Source: Opitutales bacterium
GTDB lineage: Bacteria; Verrucomicrobiota; Verrucomicrobiia; Opitutales; Coraliomargaritaceae
Assembly (NCBI GenBank): GCA_049598495.1
Contig: JBMYNR010000002.1
Location: 1-64,000, forward strand
Direction: 5' to 3'
DNA length: 64,000 nt
Shown here piece after piece: positions 52,773 through 62,460 of the stretch. Position 1 is the stretch's first letter. Each line of letters starts with the position of its first letter. A program made the position numbers and the translations under genes. The notes beneath the pieces were generated by a model, which ran no database searches, was not told where the DNA came from, and worked only from the letters and a program-made list of their open reading frames with translations.

Positions 52773-53228
52773 ATGGCTAAGAAAACTACAGTCAAGAAGG
52801 CCACGAAGAAGGCCCCCGCAAAAAAAGCTGCTAAAAAAGTAGCCGCCAAAAAGGCCCCCGTAAAGAAGGCCGCTAAAAAGATCCCGGCCAAGAAAGCAGC
52901 CAAAAAGGTCGCCGCTAAGAAAGCGCCCGCCAAGAAGGCCGCGAAAAAGGCTGCCCCTAAGAAGGTCATCAAGACCTCCGTCATTGCTCGCGTTGATGTC
53001 GGCTTTGGTAACAGCCTCTACATACGCGGCGAAGGTGCCGGCCTCTCGTGGGACAAGGGCGTTCAGCTCGACAATGTCAGCCCATACGAGTGGTCGTTCT
53101 CCAGCACCAATGCAAAGGGCGCTGTCACCTTCAAGTTCCTCATCAACGATGAGATCTGGGCAGAAGGTGACGACATCACGGTTGCAAAGGGCGATACATC
53201 GATCAGCTCACCGGTCTTCACCTGGTAG
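52773..53228 (+). CDS. Histone H1-like AKK-repeat region fused to a CBM20-like beta domain
   Basis: About 65 aa of KKAPAKKAAKK, then DVGFGNSLYIRGEGAGLSWDKG...FKFLIND..W..G. Confidence 0.75.
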   Translation: MAKKTTVKKATKKAPAKKAAKKVAAKKAPVKKAAKKIPAKKAAKKVAAKKAPAKKAAKKAAPKKVIKTSVIARVDVGFGNSLYIRGEGAGLSWDKGVQLDNVSPYEWSFSSTNAKGAVTFKFLINDEIWAEGDDITVAKGDTSISSPVFTW

Positions 53229-53250
53229 TCGATCCAAGATTCCATTCTTC

Positions 53251-53280
53251 AAAGCCCGTCGGATTTCCGGCGGGCTTTTT
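53251..53280. terminator. Bidirectional intrinsic terminator
   Basis: AAAGCCCGTCGG-ATTT-CCGGCGGGCTTTT. Confidence 0.82.
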
Positions 53281-53284
53281 CATA

Positions 53285-55795
53285 TCACATGGAATCGAGA
53301 TCGACCATGATCTCCCGTGGGCTCGAACCATTTTCGGGGCCGACGATCCCGCGATCTTCGAGCTCCTCCATAAGGCGGGCCGCCCGGTTGTAGCCGATAC
53401 GAAGCCGTCGCTGCAGCATCGAGGTCGACGCACGCTTGGTTGAGCGGAGCACATCAATCGCCTGAGGCAGCATCTCGTCGCCATCGGTCGGGCCGCCGTC
53501 ATCGCCCAGTGGGTCTTCCCCGCCCGCATCGATTTGTTTCTGAACCTCTTCAGCAAACTGAGGCGGCTCGTTCTTTTCCTTCAGGAATTCGACGATCGCG
53601 TTGATTTCTTCATCGGCCACGAAGGCGCCCTGCGCTCGCACAAGATTGGATGTGCCCGGGGGGATAAAGAGCATGTCTCCCTTGCCGATGAGCGCCTCCG
53701 CGCCGCCGCCATCAAGAATCGTTCGGCTGTCGATCTTTGAGGCCACCTTGAATGAAATACGGCTCGGCAAGTTAGCCTTGATCACGCCCGTGATCACGTT
53801 GACCGAGGGGCGCTGCGTCGCGAGGATCAAGTGAATGCCTGCGGCCCGGGCAAGCTGGGCGATACGTGCAATGCAGGTCTCAATATCGGCCGGTGCCACC
53901 ATCATCAAATCAGCGAGCTCATCAATGACGCAAACAATATAGGGCAACTTCTTTTTAGGCACCTCAAAGGCATCATCATCCCGAGGGACTTCCATTTGCT
54001 GAAGCGCAGCCCGCTCTTCCGGGCTCATTTCCGCATCCATGGCCTTCGCCTGCTCCTCCTTGTCCTTCGCTATCTTCGCATTGAAGCCGGCAATGTTGCG
54101 CACGTTGCTCTTGGCGAAAATCTGATAGCGGTGATCCATTTCGGCAATCAGCCACTTGAGTGCACCAGGCACCTTCTTTGGCTCAGTCACAACTGGAATC
54201 AGCATGTGGGGCAGCGAATTATACATCTGCATTTCGACCACCTTGGGGTCGACCATGATAAAGCGGAGATCCTCTGGGCCGGAGTGGTAGAGCAGCGATG
54301 CGATGATCGCATTAATACAGACGGTCTTACCGGAACCCGTGGAACCTGCGATCAGAACGTGCGGCATCTTCGTCAAATCAGTGACCATAGGCTTACCGGT
54401 GACGTCTTTCCCGAGCACGATGGGGATCTCCGCGTTGGCCTCAGCCCAAGCCTTGGACTCGACAATATCGCGCATGCAAACTGCCTGTGCGATTTTGTTC
54501 GGCACCTCAATTCCAACAGTCCCTTTGCCGGGAACCGGAGCAAGTATACGGACCGACATGGCCTTGAGCCCGAGGGCGATATTCTTGTCGAGGTTCACAA
54601 TCTTCTCAACGCGCACGCCCGGCGCCGGCGTCACTTCGTAGCGAGTAATCACAGGCCCGGTGTGAATCTCGCCGGGGATGACTTTGACCCCAAACTCCTC
54701 TAAGGTACGCACGAGTGCCTGCATGGTGCCCGCGTGGTCCTCTGGCGACTGATTGCCGACATCCGGAGCCTCCGAAAGTAGATTAAGAGGGGGAAAAACG
54801 TAGTCGCCCCGACGCTCGGGGATGCGCGCGGCGGCCTTTTCCGTCTTCTCTCCGGAAATGATCTTAATTGTGGCAGGGTCCAGCGCGGGCTTTTTGGGCT
54901 CCGGTTCAGGAGACTCGGACGAGGGCTTCTTCTTGAGCATCGAAGCAGTTTTGGTCACCGCCGGCGGCGGAGTGGGTGCGCCACTCAGGAGAGACGGCTT
55001 ACGGCCATCGTCCTCCAACTCCGCTTCATCTTCGGGATCTTCCACGCATATATTGTTTTTCTCGGCCTTAATCGCCGCACGATTCGCCTTGGCCTGAACT
55101 TTGGCCAGCGCCGCTTCTTCTTTGGCCATGCGCTTGGCTTCCGCCAATGCAGCTTTTCGCGCCTTTCGCTCTTCCTTCGACTCGGCCCAGCCTGCGAGAA
55201 AATTACGGTAGGCATTTTGGATGTAATCGAGGAAACGCCTTAGATTATCGGTAAAAATCAGAAACGAGCCAATCATCAGCCCCATCAAGAGAATCAGAAA
55301 GGTGCCGAATGCGCCGACATAGGGCTCCATTAACACCGGGCCCAGCCTTTCGCCGATCCAACCGCCAAACCCGTTTGAAAGTTGCTCCTCAAAGACACTC
55401 CCCTCAACGGCTGCCGCCGGTCGCATCATGGCGATTAGGCTGGATGCGCAAGCAAGTGTGATCGGGGACACGATCCCCACGAGCAGACGTTTCCCGGGGT
55501 CCTGTTGAATCAATAAGCGAACACCAAACCAGAGAAGCAGCAGCGGCAAGAGGAAGATCCCGACCCCGAATAGATGAAAGCCAAAGAAGCCAATATGGCT
55601 GCCGAAATATCCGACAAGGTTAGGATCGCTTGGATCCGTCGCATTGTATTGCTCTGTATTGTAGTCGAAGAGCGAAACCGCGACGAGCGCGGCCAGGGTA
55701 AAAAAGAGGAGCGCCCAGATGGGCCTCGACCTTGCTTTGCGAGGCTGGGAAACCACCTTCTTATTGACGACTTTCTTCTTTGCTTTGCGTGCCAT
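53285..55795 (-). CDS. ftsK: DNA translocase FtsK
   Basis: N-terminal TM domain, MPHVLIAGSTGSGK, DELADLMM, ATQRPS, gamma domain STSMLQRRLRIGYNRAARL. Confidence 0.98.
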   Translation of the reverse strand: MARKAKKKVVNKKVVSQPRKARSRPIWALLFFTLAALVAVSLFDYNTEQYNATDPSDPNLVGYFGSHIGFFGFHLFGVGIFLLPLLLLWFGVRLLIQQDPGKRLLVGIVSPITLACASSLIAMMRPAAAVEGSVFEEQLSNGFGGWIGERLGPVLMEPYVGAFGTFLILLMGLMIGSFLIFTDNLRRFLDYIQNAYRNFLAGWAESKEERKARKAALAEAKRMAKEEAALAKVQAKANRAAIKAEKNNICVEDPEDEAELEDDGRKPSLLSGAPTPPPAVTKTASMLKKKPSSESPEPEPKKPALDPATIKIISGEKTEKAAARIPERRGDYVFPPLNLLSEAPDVGNQSPEDHAGTMQALVRTLEEFGVKVIPGEIHTGPVITRYEVTPAPGVRVEKIVNLDKNIALGLKAMSVRILAPVPGKGTVGIEVPNKIAQAVCMRDIVESKAWAEANAEIPIVLGKDVTGKPMVTDLTKMPHVLIAGSTGSGKTVCINAIIASLLYHSGPEDLRFIMVDPKVVEMQMYNSLPHMLIPVVTEPKKVPGALKWLIAEMDHRYQIFAKSNVRNIAGFNAKIAKDKEEQAKAMDAEMSPEERAALQQMEVPRDDDAFEVPKKKLPYIVCVIDELADLMMVAPADIETCIARIAQLARAAGIHLILATQRPSVNVITGVIKANLPSRISFKVASKIDSRTILDGGGAEALIGKGDMLFIPPGTSNLVRAQGAFVADEEINAIVEFLKEKNEPPQFAEEVQKQIDAGGEDPLGDDGGPTDGDEMLPQAIDVLRSTKRASTSMLQRRLRIGYNRAARLMEELEDRGIVGPENGSSPREIMVDLDSM

Positions 55796-55931
55796 AGACA
55801 AACTCTATAGTTAGTTGCCCCTGCTCGAATAACAAGATTCGATTGAACCCTTCGTTTACGCGGACATTACAAGGAAAAAGACTCCGCCAACCGGAGCTGA
55901 CGGAGCCAAAATAAGCGAGCGAAGCGACTCT

Positions 55932-56456
55932 TTAATGAGAGCAACCGCAGCCAGCCTCATCTCCACCGCCGCCGCAGCAACCGCCACCTTGATGGATATG
56001 GCCGTGGGCAATCTCCTCTTCTGTAGCCGAACGGACCTCCTGAACGGTCACATTGAAGTTCAAATGCTTGCCCGCAAGCGGGTGGTTGCCGTCGACGGTG
56101 ACGTCGTCGTCCTCAACCTTGATGACACGGACGGAAACAGGGCCCTGATCTGTGTTGGCCTGAAACTGCATTCCGACCTCTAGTTGATCAATTCCCTGGA
56201 AACGGTCGCGCGGCACCACTTGCTCGAGACTCGGATTGGCTTGGCCATAACCATCCTCGGGAGCCACTCTCACGTCCACCGTGTCGCCGGCGGATTTGCC
56301 TTCCAAAGCGGCCTCAAGGCCGGGAATGATATTCTTATGCCCGTGCAGATAGGCCAGAGGCTGCCCCGGTTGGGATTGGTCCAAAAGTGTTCCTTCGTCA
56401 TCTTTCAAGGCATAGTCCATTGAGACGACGGTTCCATCTGCTATTTGCATAGTCAT
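55932..56456 (-). CDS. slyD: FKBP-type PPIase SlyD
   Basis: YLHGHKNIIPGLE, VDGNHPLAGK, His/Cys-rich tail. Confidence 0.96.
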   Translation of the reverse strand: MTMQIADGTVVSMDYALKDDEGTLLDQSQPGQPLAYLHGHKNIIPGLEAALEGKSAGDTVDVRVAPEDGYGQANPSLEQVVPRDRFQGIDQLEVGMQFQANTDQGPVSVRVIKVEDDDVTVDGNHPLAGKHLNFNVTVQEVRSATEEEIAHGHIHQGGGCCGGGGDEAGCGCSH

Positions 56457-56622
56457 TTTCGAGTTAGTTTTAAAATGCGAGTCTCCGAGAAATAGGGCAA
56501 AGCCCCATCAGGTCAAAAACGAAAGCGATATAATTTCTCCCCCTTGGCATGGTCCGGGTAAACTCACTTGACGGTGAGGGGAAAAAGAGGGTTCTCTTGA
56601 AACCAGTATTCCATTCCGGTTC

Positions 56623-59412
56623 ATGCCTATTCAAGACAGTCCTCATTTCCGCAGGCTTCACCAACATGCCCAGAAGCGCCTAATCTTCGATCCGGGTGTT
56701 TCCAGGAGCAAGCAGCTTCCGGCCTACAAGCGCTACATGGAGCTGGAGAATGCCATGCTGGAGAAGCAACACCGCGAAGGGGGCTCCGGGATGGAGGTCT
56801 GTCAGGCGCGGGCGGCCATGATCGATGTCGTGATCGAGAACCTGTTCCTCGCCGCCCTCGATCTGTATACGACCGAGCACGGCCCGCTGCCGTGCAAAAT
56901 GGCGGTGCTGGCAACGGGGGGCTATGGTCGACGGGAGCTCAACCCTCACAGCGATATCGATATTATGTTCCTCTATCCGCTCAAAACAGGAGGGAAGGCA
57001 TTCGAGCAGTTTCAAGCCGTGCTCGCAGAGGAGATCCTTTACCCGCTCTGGGATCTGGGGCTGAAAGTCGGGCATGCCTCGCGGAACGCAAAAGAGGTTA
57101 TTGAGGAATGCCGCAAGGAAATCCAATCGAAGAACGCGATTCTCGAATCGCGGATTATTTGCGGATCCGAGCCGCTTTACAAAAGTATGCGGAGCCGCTT
57201 CGACGATTTCTGCAAGAAGGAGAACTCCAAGGCCTACATTCTCCAACGATTGGAAGATGAAGCGGAGCGCCACGCCAAATCAGGCAATACGATCTATCTC
57301 CAGGAGCCCGACATTAAGAATGGCGTCGGAGGGCTTCGGGACTACCAAAACATTCTCTGGATGGCCCATATAAAATTTGGCTACCGTTCCTTCGCCGATC
57401 TCGTGAAGGCGAAGCTGCTCCGGGAAGATGAGCGGGAAGCCATGCTAGCCGCCTACGACCTACTTCTTCGCACTCGGACAGAACTACACCTGCAAAACCG
57501 TCGGCCCACCGACAAACTGGACCTCGAACAACAACCGCTCATTGCGGAGCACCTCCACTACCCTCAGGACAATATCTTTGAGCGCGTCGAAGCCTTCATG
57601 AAGGACTACTACATGGCGGCCCGAACCATCTACCATACGAGTGAGATCCTGAAAGAGAGGATGTCCCTGCAGGCAGAGCCTGAGAACAAGACCCGCATCA
57701 CCTTCCGCGAAGCCCTCAGGGCCCACCAGCACCTCCCAATCAAGCGAATCGATGGATTCAATCTCTACAACAAGATACTCTCGGCGGATCATCCCGGGGT
57801 CTTCGAAGAAGATCCTGTCCGGCTCATTCGCGTCTTCCGCGAGGCCCAGCAGTTCGGGGCCAAGCTCGATCCCGATCTGCGTTATCTGATCACACGCTCG
57901 ATCCCCCTGATCGATCAGTCCATCATCCAAAACACCTCGGCCGCCAAGAGTTTCTGCGCCATCCTGCGCAGCCCCGGCGAGGTTTACCCCACCCTGATCC
58001 AGATGCACGAACTCGGGGTCCTCGGACGCTACTTGCCCGAGTTTGGCGCGCTAACATGTATGGTTCAGCACGAATACTACCACCGGTACACTGCCGATGC
58101 CCATGTGCTGCGCACCATCCGCCACTTGGATCGTGTATTTATAAAACACGACCGGGAATACGCACATTACGAGAGGGAATTACGAAAAAACGATGACCCT
58201 TTACTGCTCTATTTAATACTTCTTCTGCATGACATCGGGAAGGCAGAAGGCGTGAAGGGACACGATGTAAGCGGTGTTCGTATCGCCAAACCCGTCCTGG
58301 ATCGCTTTAGGGTCGGCAAGGAACAACAGGAACAAATTTTATTTATTATTCGCAGCCATCTGGAAATGGCACGATTCTGGCAACGGTTTGATTTAGACGA
58401 TCCTCAAACTGCGGTTTCCTTCGCTAAATTCATCGAAGATCCGCAGAAACTCAGTTTTCTTTACGTGCACACCTATTGCGATGCCCGCGGAACTGCTCCA
58501 AGCCTCTGGAATAGCTACAAAGACAGCATGCATCGCACCCTGTATGTTCGAACACTTGAGCAATTTGAGGACGACGCAGTCATCGAACAAAAGCGGAAAG
58601 AACAAGTTAGCATGTTGCACCAAGACATACTCGAGCAAAAGATTGTAGGGATCTCCGAGGAAGAAATCGAGGCTCACTTCAACCTGCTCCCGGAGCGCTA
58701 CTTCATCAATACGGAGCGTGCCGACATAGAGCTACACTTGCGTATGGTCAGCCAATTGCTGGCCCAGATCCATGCAGCAGAATCCATGGGCACACTTGCG
58801 CCCATCGTGAACTGGCACAATGACATCGACCTCGGCATGACCGTGGTCAACGTCGTCACCTGGGATCGCGCCGGGCTTTTCTACAAACTCGCAGGAGCAC
58901 TCACCTTGGCCGGGGTCAGCATCATAAGCACAAAGGCAATTTCCCGAAAGGACCACATTACGATCGACACATTCTACGTGATCGATCCGAGCGGGGGAGT
59001 CGTTACCGACAAGAAGGCACAGGAAACCTTCCAAGTTCGACTCGAGGAGGCACTTATTGAAGGGAAAGAGCTCCTACCTGCAATCAACGAGCGAGAAGCC
59101 AAAGTTAAGGCGAGGAATCCATCGAAGGATATGCTTCCGGCCCCCTTCCCTCCGAGTGTCGATGTCTATCACGAGCTGTCGCTCAAGCAGACGATTATCG
59201 AAGTGCAAGCCAACGATCGCATCGGCCTCCTTTACCAAATATCTCGGCTCATCACCTTCAAGGGCTTCGACATCAGCTTCGCGCGCATTGCAACGGAGCG
59301 CGGTGTCGCCATGGACACTTTCTATATCAAGAACGTAAACGACTCCGAAGAGTCGAATACAACGGCCCTACTTGAATTGCGTGAAGAACTTGATTCGATT
59401 GTAAAGGATTAG
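56623..59412 (+). CDS. glnD: [Protein-PII] uridylyltransferase
   Basis: ATGGYGRRELNPHSDID, EPDIKNGVGGLRD, HD motif LLHDIGK, two ACT domains. Confidence 0.97.
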   Translation: MPIQDSPHFRRLHQHAQKRLIFDPGVSRSKQLPAYKRYMELENAMLEKQHREGGSGMEVCQARAAMIDVVIENLFLAALDLYTTEHGPLPCKMAVLATGGYGRRELNPHSDIDIMFLYPLKTGGKAFEQFQAVLAEEILYPLWDLGLKVGHASRNAKEVIEECRKEIQSKNAILESRIICGSEPLYKSMRSRFDDFCKKENSKAYILQRLEDEAERHAKSGNTIYLQEPDIKNGVGGLRDYQNILWMAHIKFGYRSFADLVKAKLLREDEREAMLAAYDLLLRTRTELHLQNRRPTDKLDLEQQPLIAEHLHYPQDNIFERVEAFMKDYYMAARTIYHTSEILKERMSLQAEPENKTRITFREALRAHQHLPIKRIDGFNLYNKILSADHPGVFEEDPVRLIRVFREAQQFGAKLDPDLRYLITRSIPLIDQSIIQNTSAAKSFCAILRSPGEVYPTLIQMHELGVLGRYLPEFGALTCMVQHEYYHRYTADAHVLRTIRHLDRVFIKHDREYAHYERELRKNDDPLLLYLILLLHDIGKAEGVKGHDVSGVRIAKPVLDRFRVGKEQQEQILFIIRSHLEMARFWQRFDLDDPQTAVSFAKFIEDPQKLSFLYVHTYCDARGTAPSLWNSYKDSMHRTLYVRTLEQFEDDAVIEQKRKEQVSMLHQDILEQKIVGISEEEIEAHFNLLPERYFINTERADIELHLRMVSQLLAQIHAAESMGTLAPIVNWHNDIDLGMTVVNVVTWDRAGLFYKLAGALTLAGVSIISTKAISRKDHITIDTFYVIDPSGGVVTDKKAQETFQVRLEEALIEGKELLPAINEREAKVKARNPSKDMLPAPFPPSVDVYHELSLKQTIIEVQANDRIGLLYQISRLITFKGFDISFARIATERGVAMDTFYIKNVNDSEESNTTALLELREELDSIVKD

Positions 59413-59482
59413 TCGGAACAACGGTTCACCGCAGGGAAATTCTAGTTGGACCTCGGCTTGAGTTAATGGATACTCGCCCCAA

Positions 59483-61177
59483 ATGCAGGACCATGATAAT
59501 GAGCACAGCGCGATCGATTCGCTCTACAGGATTAGCAGTCTTGTTTCGAATACCGACGAACCCAAGGTCGCTCTACAACTCATTCTTGATGAGATTGTTC
59601 GCGTCCTGCGCCCCAGCAGTGCTTCCATTGCGCTAATTAACCCAGATACCAAACGGCTCGCGCTGGAAGCCTCCTTCGGCCTGCCGGAGGACTGGCAGGA
59701 TATGGAGTTGGCGCTGGGGCAAGGGGTCACCGGTTGGGCCGCGCTTCAAGGCCGCGCAGTCATTGCCAATGATGTGCGCAATGAGCCACGTTACATCTCG
59801 GTAAGGCCAAATATACAATCAGAGATGGCCGTCCCGATGGAAGATGAAGGAATGGTGATCGGAGTCGTCAACGTCGATAGCGAAGAGCCCGATGCCTACG
59901 GGAACGCCTCACTGAAGATTCTCAGCCTTTTGACAAACGAGGCCACCCGAGTCGTCTCACGGCTCTGGTTGTTTAAACAGTTGCGAACGAAGGCAAACCA
60001 CCTGGAATCGCTCGTCGCCATGAGTCAGCGACTGGCCGGCGAGGCGGACAGCGATATTCTGATGCGCTCGCTGGCCCAGCAGGCGCAACAACTGTTGGGC
60101 TGCGATGGGAGTGCTCTCTTTGTTCTCGAGCCGCATAAAAAGGTGCTGCATCTCCACAGCCTGGCGACGGATTCGGGGCCACTCTCTGAAAAAATCGCGC
60201 TTCCGCTCGATCAGAGTGCTCTGGGCGCCGTTATTCATCGCTTAAAGCAGGTAGAAGTCTACGATCTGAACTTCACGGAAGAAAACGATTTCCTGCCGAT
60301 CCTCCAGCGGCAGGGCTTCAGCTCTATGCTGGCGTCACCGATCGCATTCGGCGATGAAGCGATCGGGGTTCTTATCGCATTCACTCGCCGCTCTCGCCGC
60401 TTCAACAATGAGGAGAAGAAAGTTTTCAATGCTCTCGCAGAGATGGGCGCAATCGCCATTCAGAATGCCCGCCTGTACGACCGGATCTTCGCCAGCGAAG
60501 AATCGCTCCGCCGGAACGAAAAGCTAACCACACTCGGGATGCTGGCCGCCGAGATCGCCCACGAGATTCGCAACCCCCTCACTGTTATCAAGCTACTTTT
60601 CGAATCACTCGACCTACGGTTCCCCGATAGCGATCCACGTAAGACCGACCAAGAGGTCATCACAGAGAAACTGGATCAGCTGGAGGAAATTGTTGAGCGC
60701 GTGCTCAGCTTCGGTCGTAACAGAGAGGGGATGCACACGCGGCAAGACCTCAATACCCTCGTTGAAGATACGCTCAAACTCGTACGCTTAAAACTCCAGC
60801 AGCAAAAAATCGAACTGGATTTCGAACCACATCCGATACCCATAGTCGCCGAGGTCAATAAGGGGCAGATACTGCAGGTTCTTTTGAATCTGGTCCTAAA
60901 CGCCACGCAGGCAATGGAAGGTGGCGGCCGGATACACATTCAAACACATCTCAAAGGCCACACCGCATCACTCATGATCTCCGACAACGGAGGCGGAATC
61001 CCTGAGTCCATTCAGGGTGATATCTTCGACTCCTTCCTAACGGCTCGCCCGGACGGCACGGGACTGGGGCTCTCGATCAGCAAACGAATCCTTCGTGGCC
61101 ACCGGGGCGACATAGAACTCGTACGTTCCTCTCCCGAAGGCAGCCAATTCCGCTTCTGGCTACCCCTATCCGAATAA
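59483..61177 (+). CDS. Double-GAF sensor histidine kinase
   Basis: Two GAF domains, AHEIRNPL H-box, NLVLNA, GTGLGL. Confidence 0.93.
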   Translation: MQDHDNEHSAIDSLYRISSLVSNTDEPKVALQLILDEIVRVLRPSSASIALINPDTKRLALEASFGLPEDWQDMELALGQGVTGWAALQGRAVIANDVRNEPRYISVRPNIQSEMAVPMEDEGMVIGVVNVDSEEPDAYGNASLKILSLLTNEATRVVSRLWLFKQLRTKANHLESLVAMSQRLAGEADSDILMRSLAQQAQQLLGCDGSALFVLEPHKKVLHLHSLATDSGPLSEKIALPLDQSALGAVIHRLKQVEVYDLNFTEENDFLPILQRQGFSSMLASPIAFGDEAIGVLIAFTRRSRRFNNEEKKVFNALAEMGAIAIQNARLYDRIFASEESLRRNEKLTTLGMLAAEIAHEIRNPLTVIKLLFESLDLRFPDSDPRKTDQEVITEKLDQLEEIVERVLSFGRNREGMHTRQDLNTLVEDTLKLVRLKLQQQKIELDFEPHPIPIVAEVNKGQILQVLLNLVLNATQAMEGGGRIHIQTHLKGHTASLMISDNGGGIPESIQGDIFDSFLTARPDGTGLGLSISKRILRGHRGDIELVRSSPEGSQFRFWLPLSE

Positions 61178-61207
61178 TACTAGAGCACAAAAAAGTTTGA
61201 ACCGGTT

Positions 61208-61242
61208 GCAGAGGCAGGGAGGGCGGCCCTCCCTGCCTCTGC
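61208..61242. repeat. Long near-perfect palindrome
   Basis: GCAGAGGCAGGGAGGGC-G-GCCCTCCCTGCCTCTGC. Confidence 0.8.
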
Positions 61243-61310
61243 GCCAAACCTTTTGCGAAGAGATATAAGGCACCAAAAGGGCGCCCGCTAAAAGCGGCGC
61301 CCGAAAAGAC

Positions 61311-61559
61311 TTAACCCGCTTATTGCATGAGATCCAGAATTGGCTTTGGCAAGGCGCGAGCCGTGTTCCACGCAGGAGCGCACTGAAGTGCGTGACTAAG
61401 TGGGTTACGCGCTCGGAACACAGCCAGGGACGCTTCTGGACTCAAAGTTTGTTGCTGTCACTTTTGTGACACGACGAGTTTTTGAAGAAAACTCGCAAGT
61501 AGCCATCCCGTAACAAGATAAAGAACGACAGCAACAAACTGGTGCAATATTCGGGTTAA
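61311..61559. mobile_element. MITE family C with ERIC-like core
   Basis: IR TTAACCCGCTTATTGCA ... TGCAATATTCGGGTTAA; two long internal hairpins. Confidence 0.75.
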
Positions 61560-61577
61560 AGATTCGAGAAGGAAGAT

Positions 61578-61922
61578 TTAAAATTCGATCGATATCGTCC
61601 CCGGAGCACCGCCAGTCGCTTCAATGCTCGTGCCTTGAATAATCATCGCCGGATAACTCTCGCCAGCAACAGGGTTGAGTTGCTTGACATACTTTCCATC
61701 GCCTACCAGATCCGCACGACTGACCCGGATGACATCGTGCTCGGTGAAATATTTTTCTGCACCGCTTGCGAGTGCCCGTAGATTATTGGTGATCGCCTTG
61801 GTTTGTGCTGTTTCACGCACCTTTTGAACGGCCGGGATAGCCATCACCGCGAGAAGTATGATGATAACCACCACGATCATGATTTCAACGAGGGTAAAAC
61901 CCTTTTTGCTTTTAGTATTCAT
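61578..61922 (-). CDS. Type IV pilin-like/pseudopilin
   Basis: KKG|FTLVEIMIVVVII prepilin cleavage/methylation motif. Confidence 0.93.
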   Translation of the reverse strand: MNTKSKKGFTLVEIMIVVVIIILLAVMAIPAVQKVRETAQTKAITNNLRALASGAEKYFTEHDVIRVSRADLVGDGKYVKQLNPVAGESYPAMIIQGTSIEATGGAPGTISIEF

Positions 61923-62170
61923 GATAATCTTTGATTCGTCTTATTACGCTATGAATCCACGGGAAAGAATATATTAGCGTAATCAGGTAAACACACTTGT
62001 AAGAAAAACCAAAGCATAAAGCCCTGATTATTCTAGGTTTCGCATAATTTTCAAAGCCCCTGAATTATAGGCATTCCCACCCGAAGTAGCTCCCATCTAT
62101 AGCGCCAAAAGACTGATGAACCAAAAACTAGCCGATGGACGAGGGATCGTTTAAGCACACACGCTTCGTC

Positions 62171-62392
62171 CTAGAAGCAGAATCCTCCCCTTAGCCAGAC
62201 GAGAATAATTGGAACAAGAATCAGAACTGCCATGACAATTCGGATCGTGAGTATTGTCCGAAGCGCCGGCTCTGGCAGCTCAAGGTGCTCCGGGCACTTC
62301 GTATGCTTTTCAGAAGTCTCCATACTCCAGAAATGAGGATTCTGTCCAGATTGAGCAATGAGAACTTTTTCGCTTAAAACGAATTTTCTCAT
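62171..62392 (-). CDS. Small hypothetical membrane protein
   Basis: Short ORF with C-terminal hydrophobic helix; start uncertain. Confidence 0.35.
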   Translation of the reverse strand: MRKFVLSEKVLIAQSGQNPHFWSMETSEKHTKCPEHLELPEPALRTILTIRIVMAVLILVPIILVWLRGGFCF

Positions 62393-62460
62393 CTTTAGCT
62401 GGGGCTGAAATATGTCTGAAAATCCGGCGAGGTGGGGGATTTAAACGTATCGCCCATTGC

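Noticed and set aside
62037..62064. XerC-arm-like GTTTCGCATAA
   Set aside because: No XerD arm (TTATG...) at the required spacing
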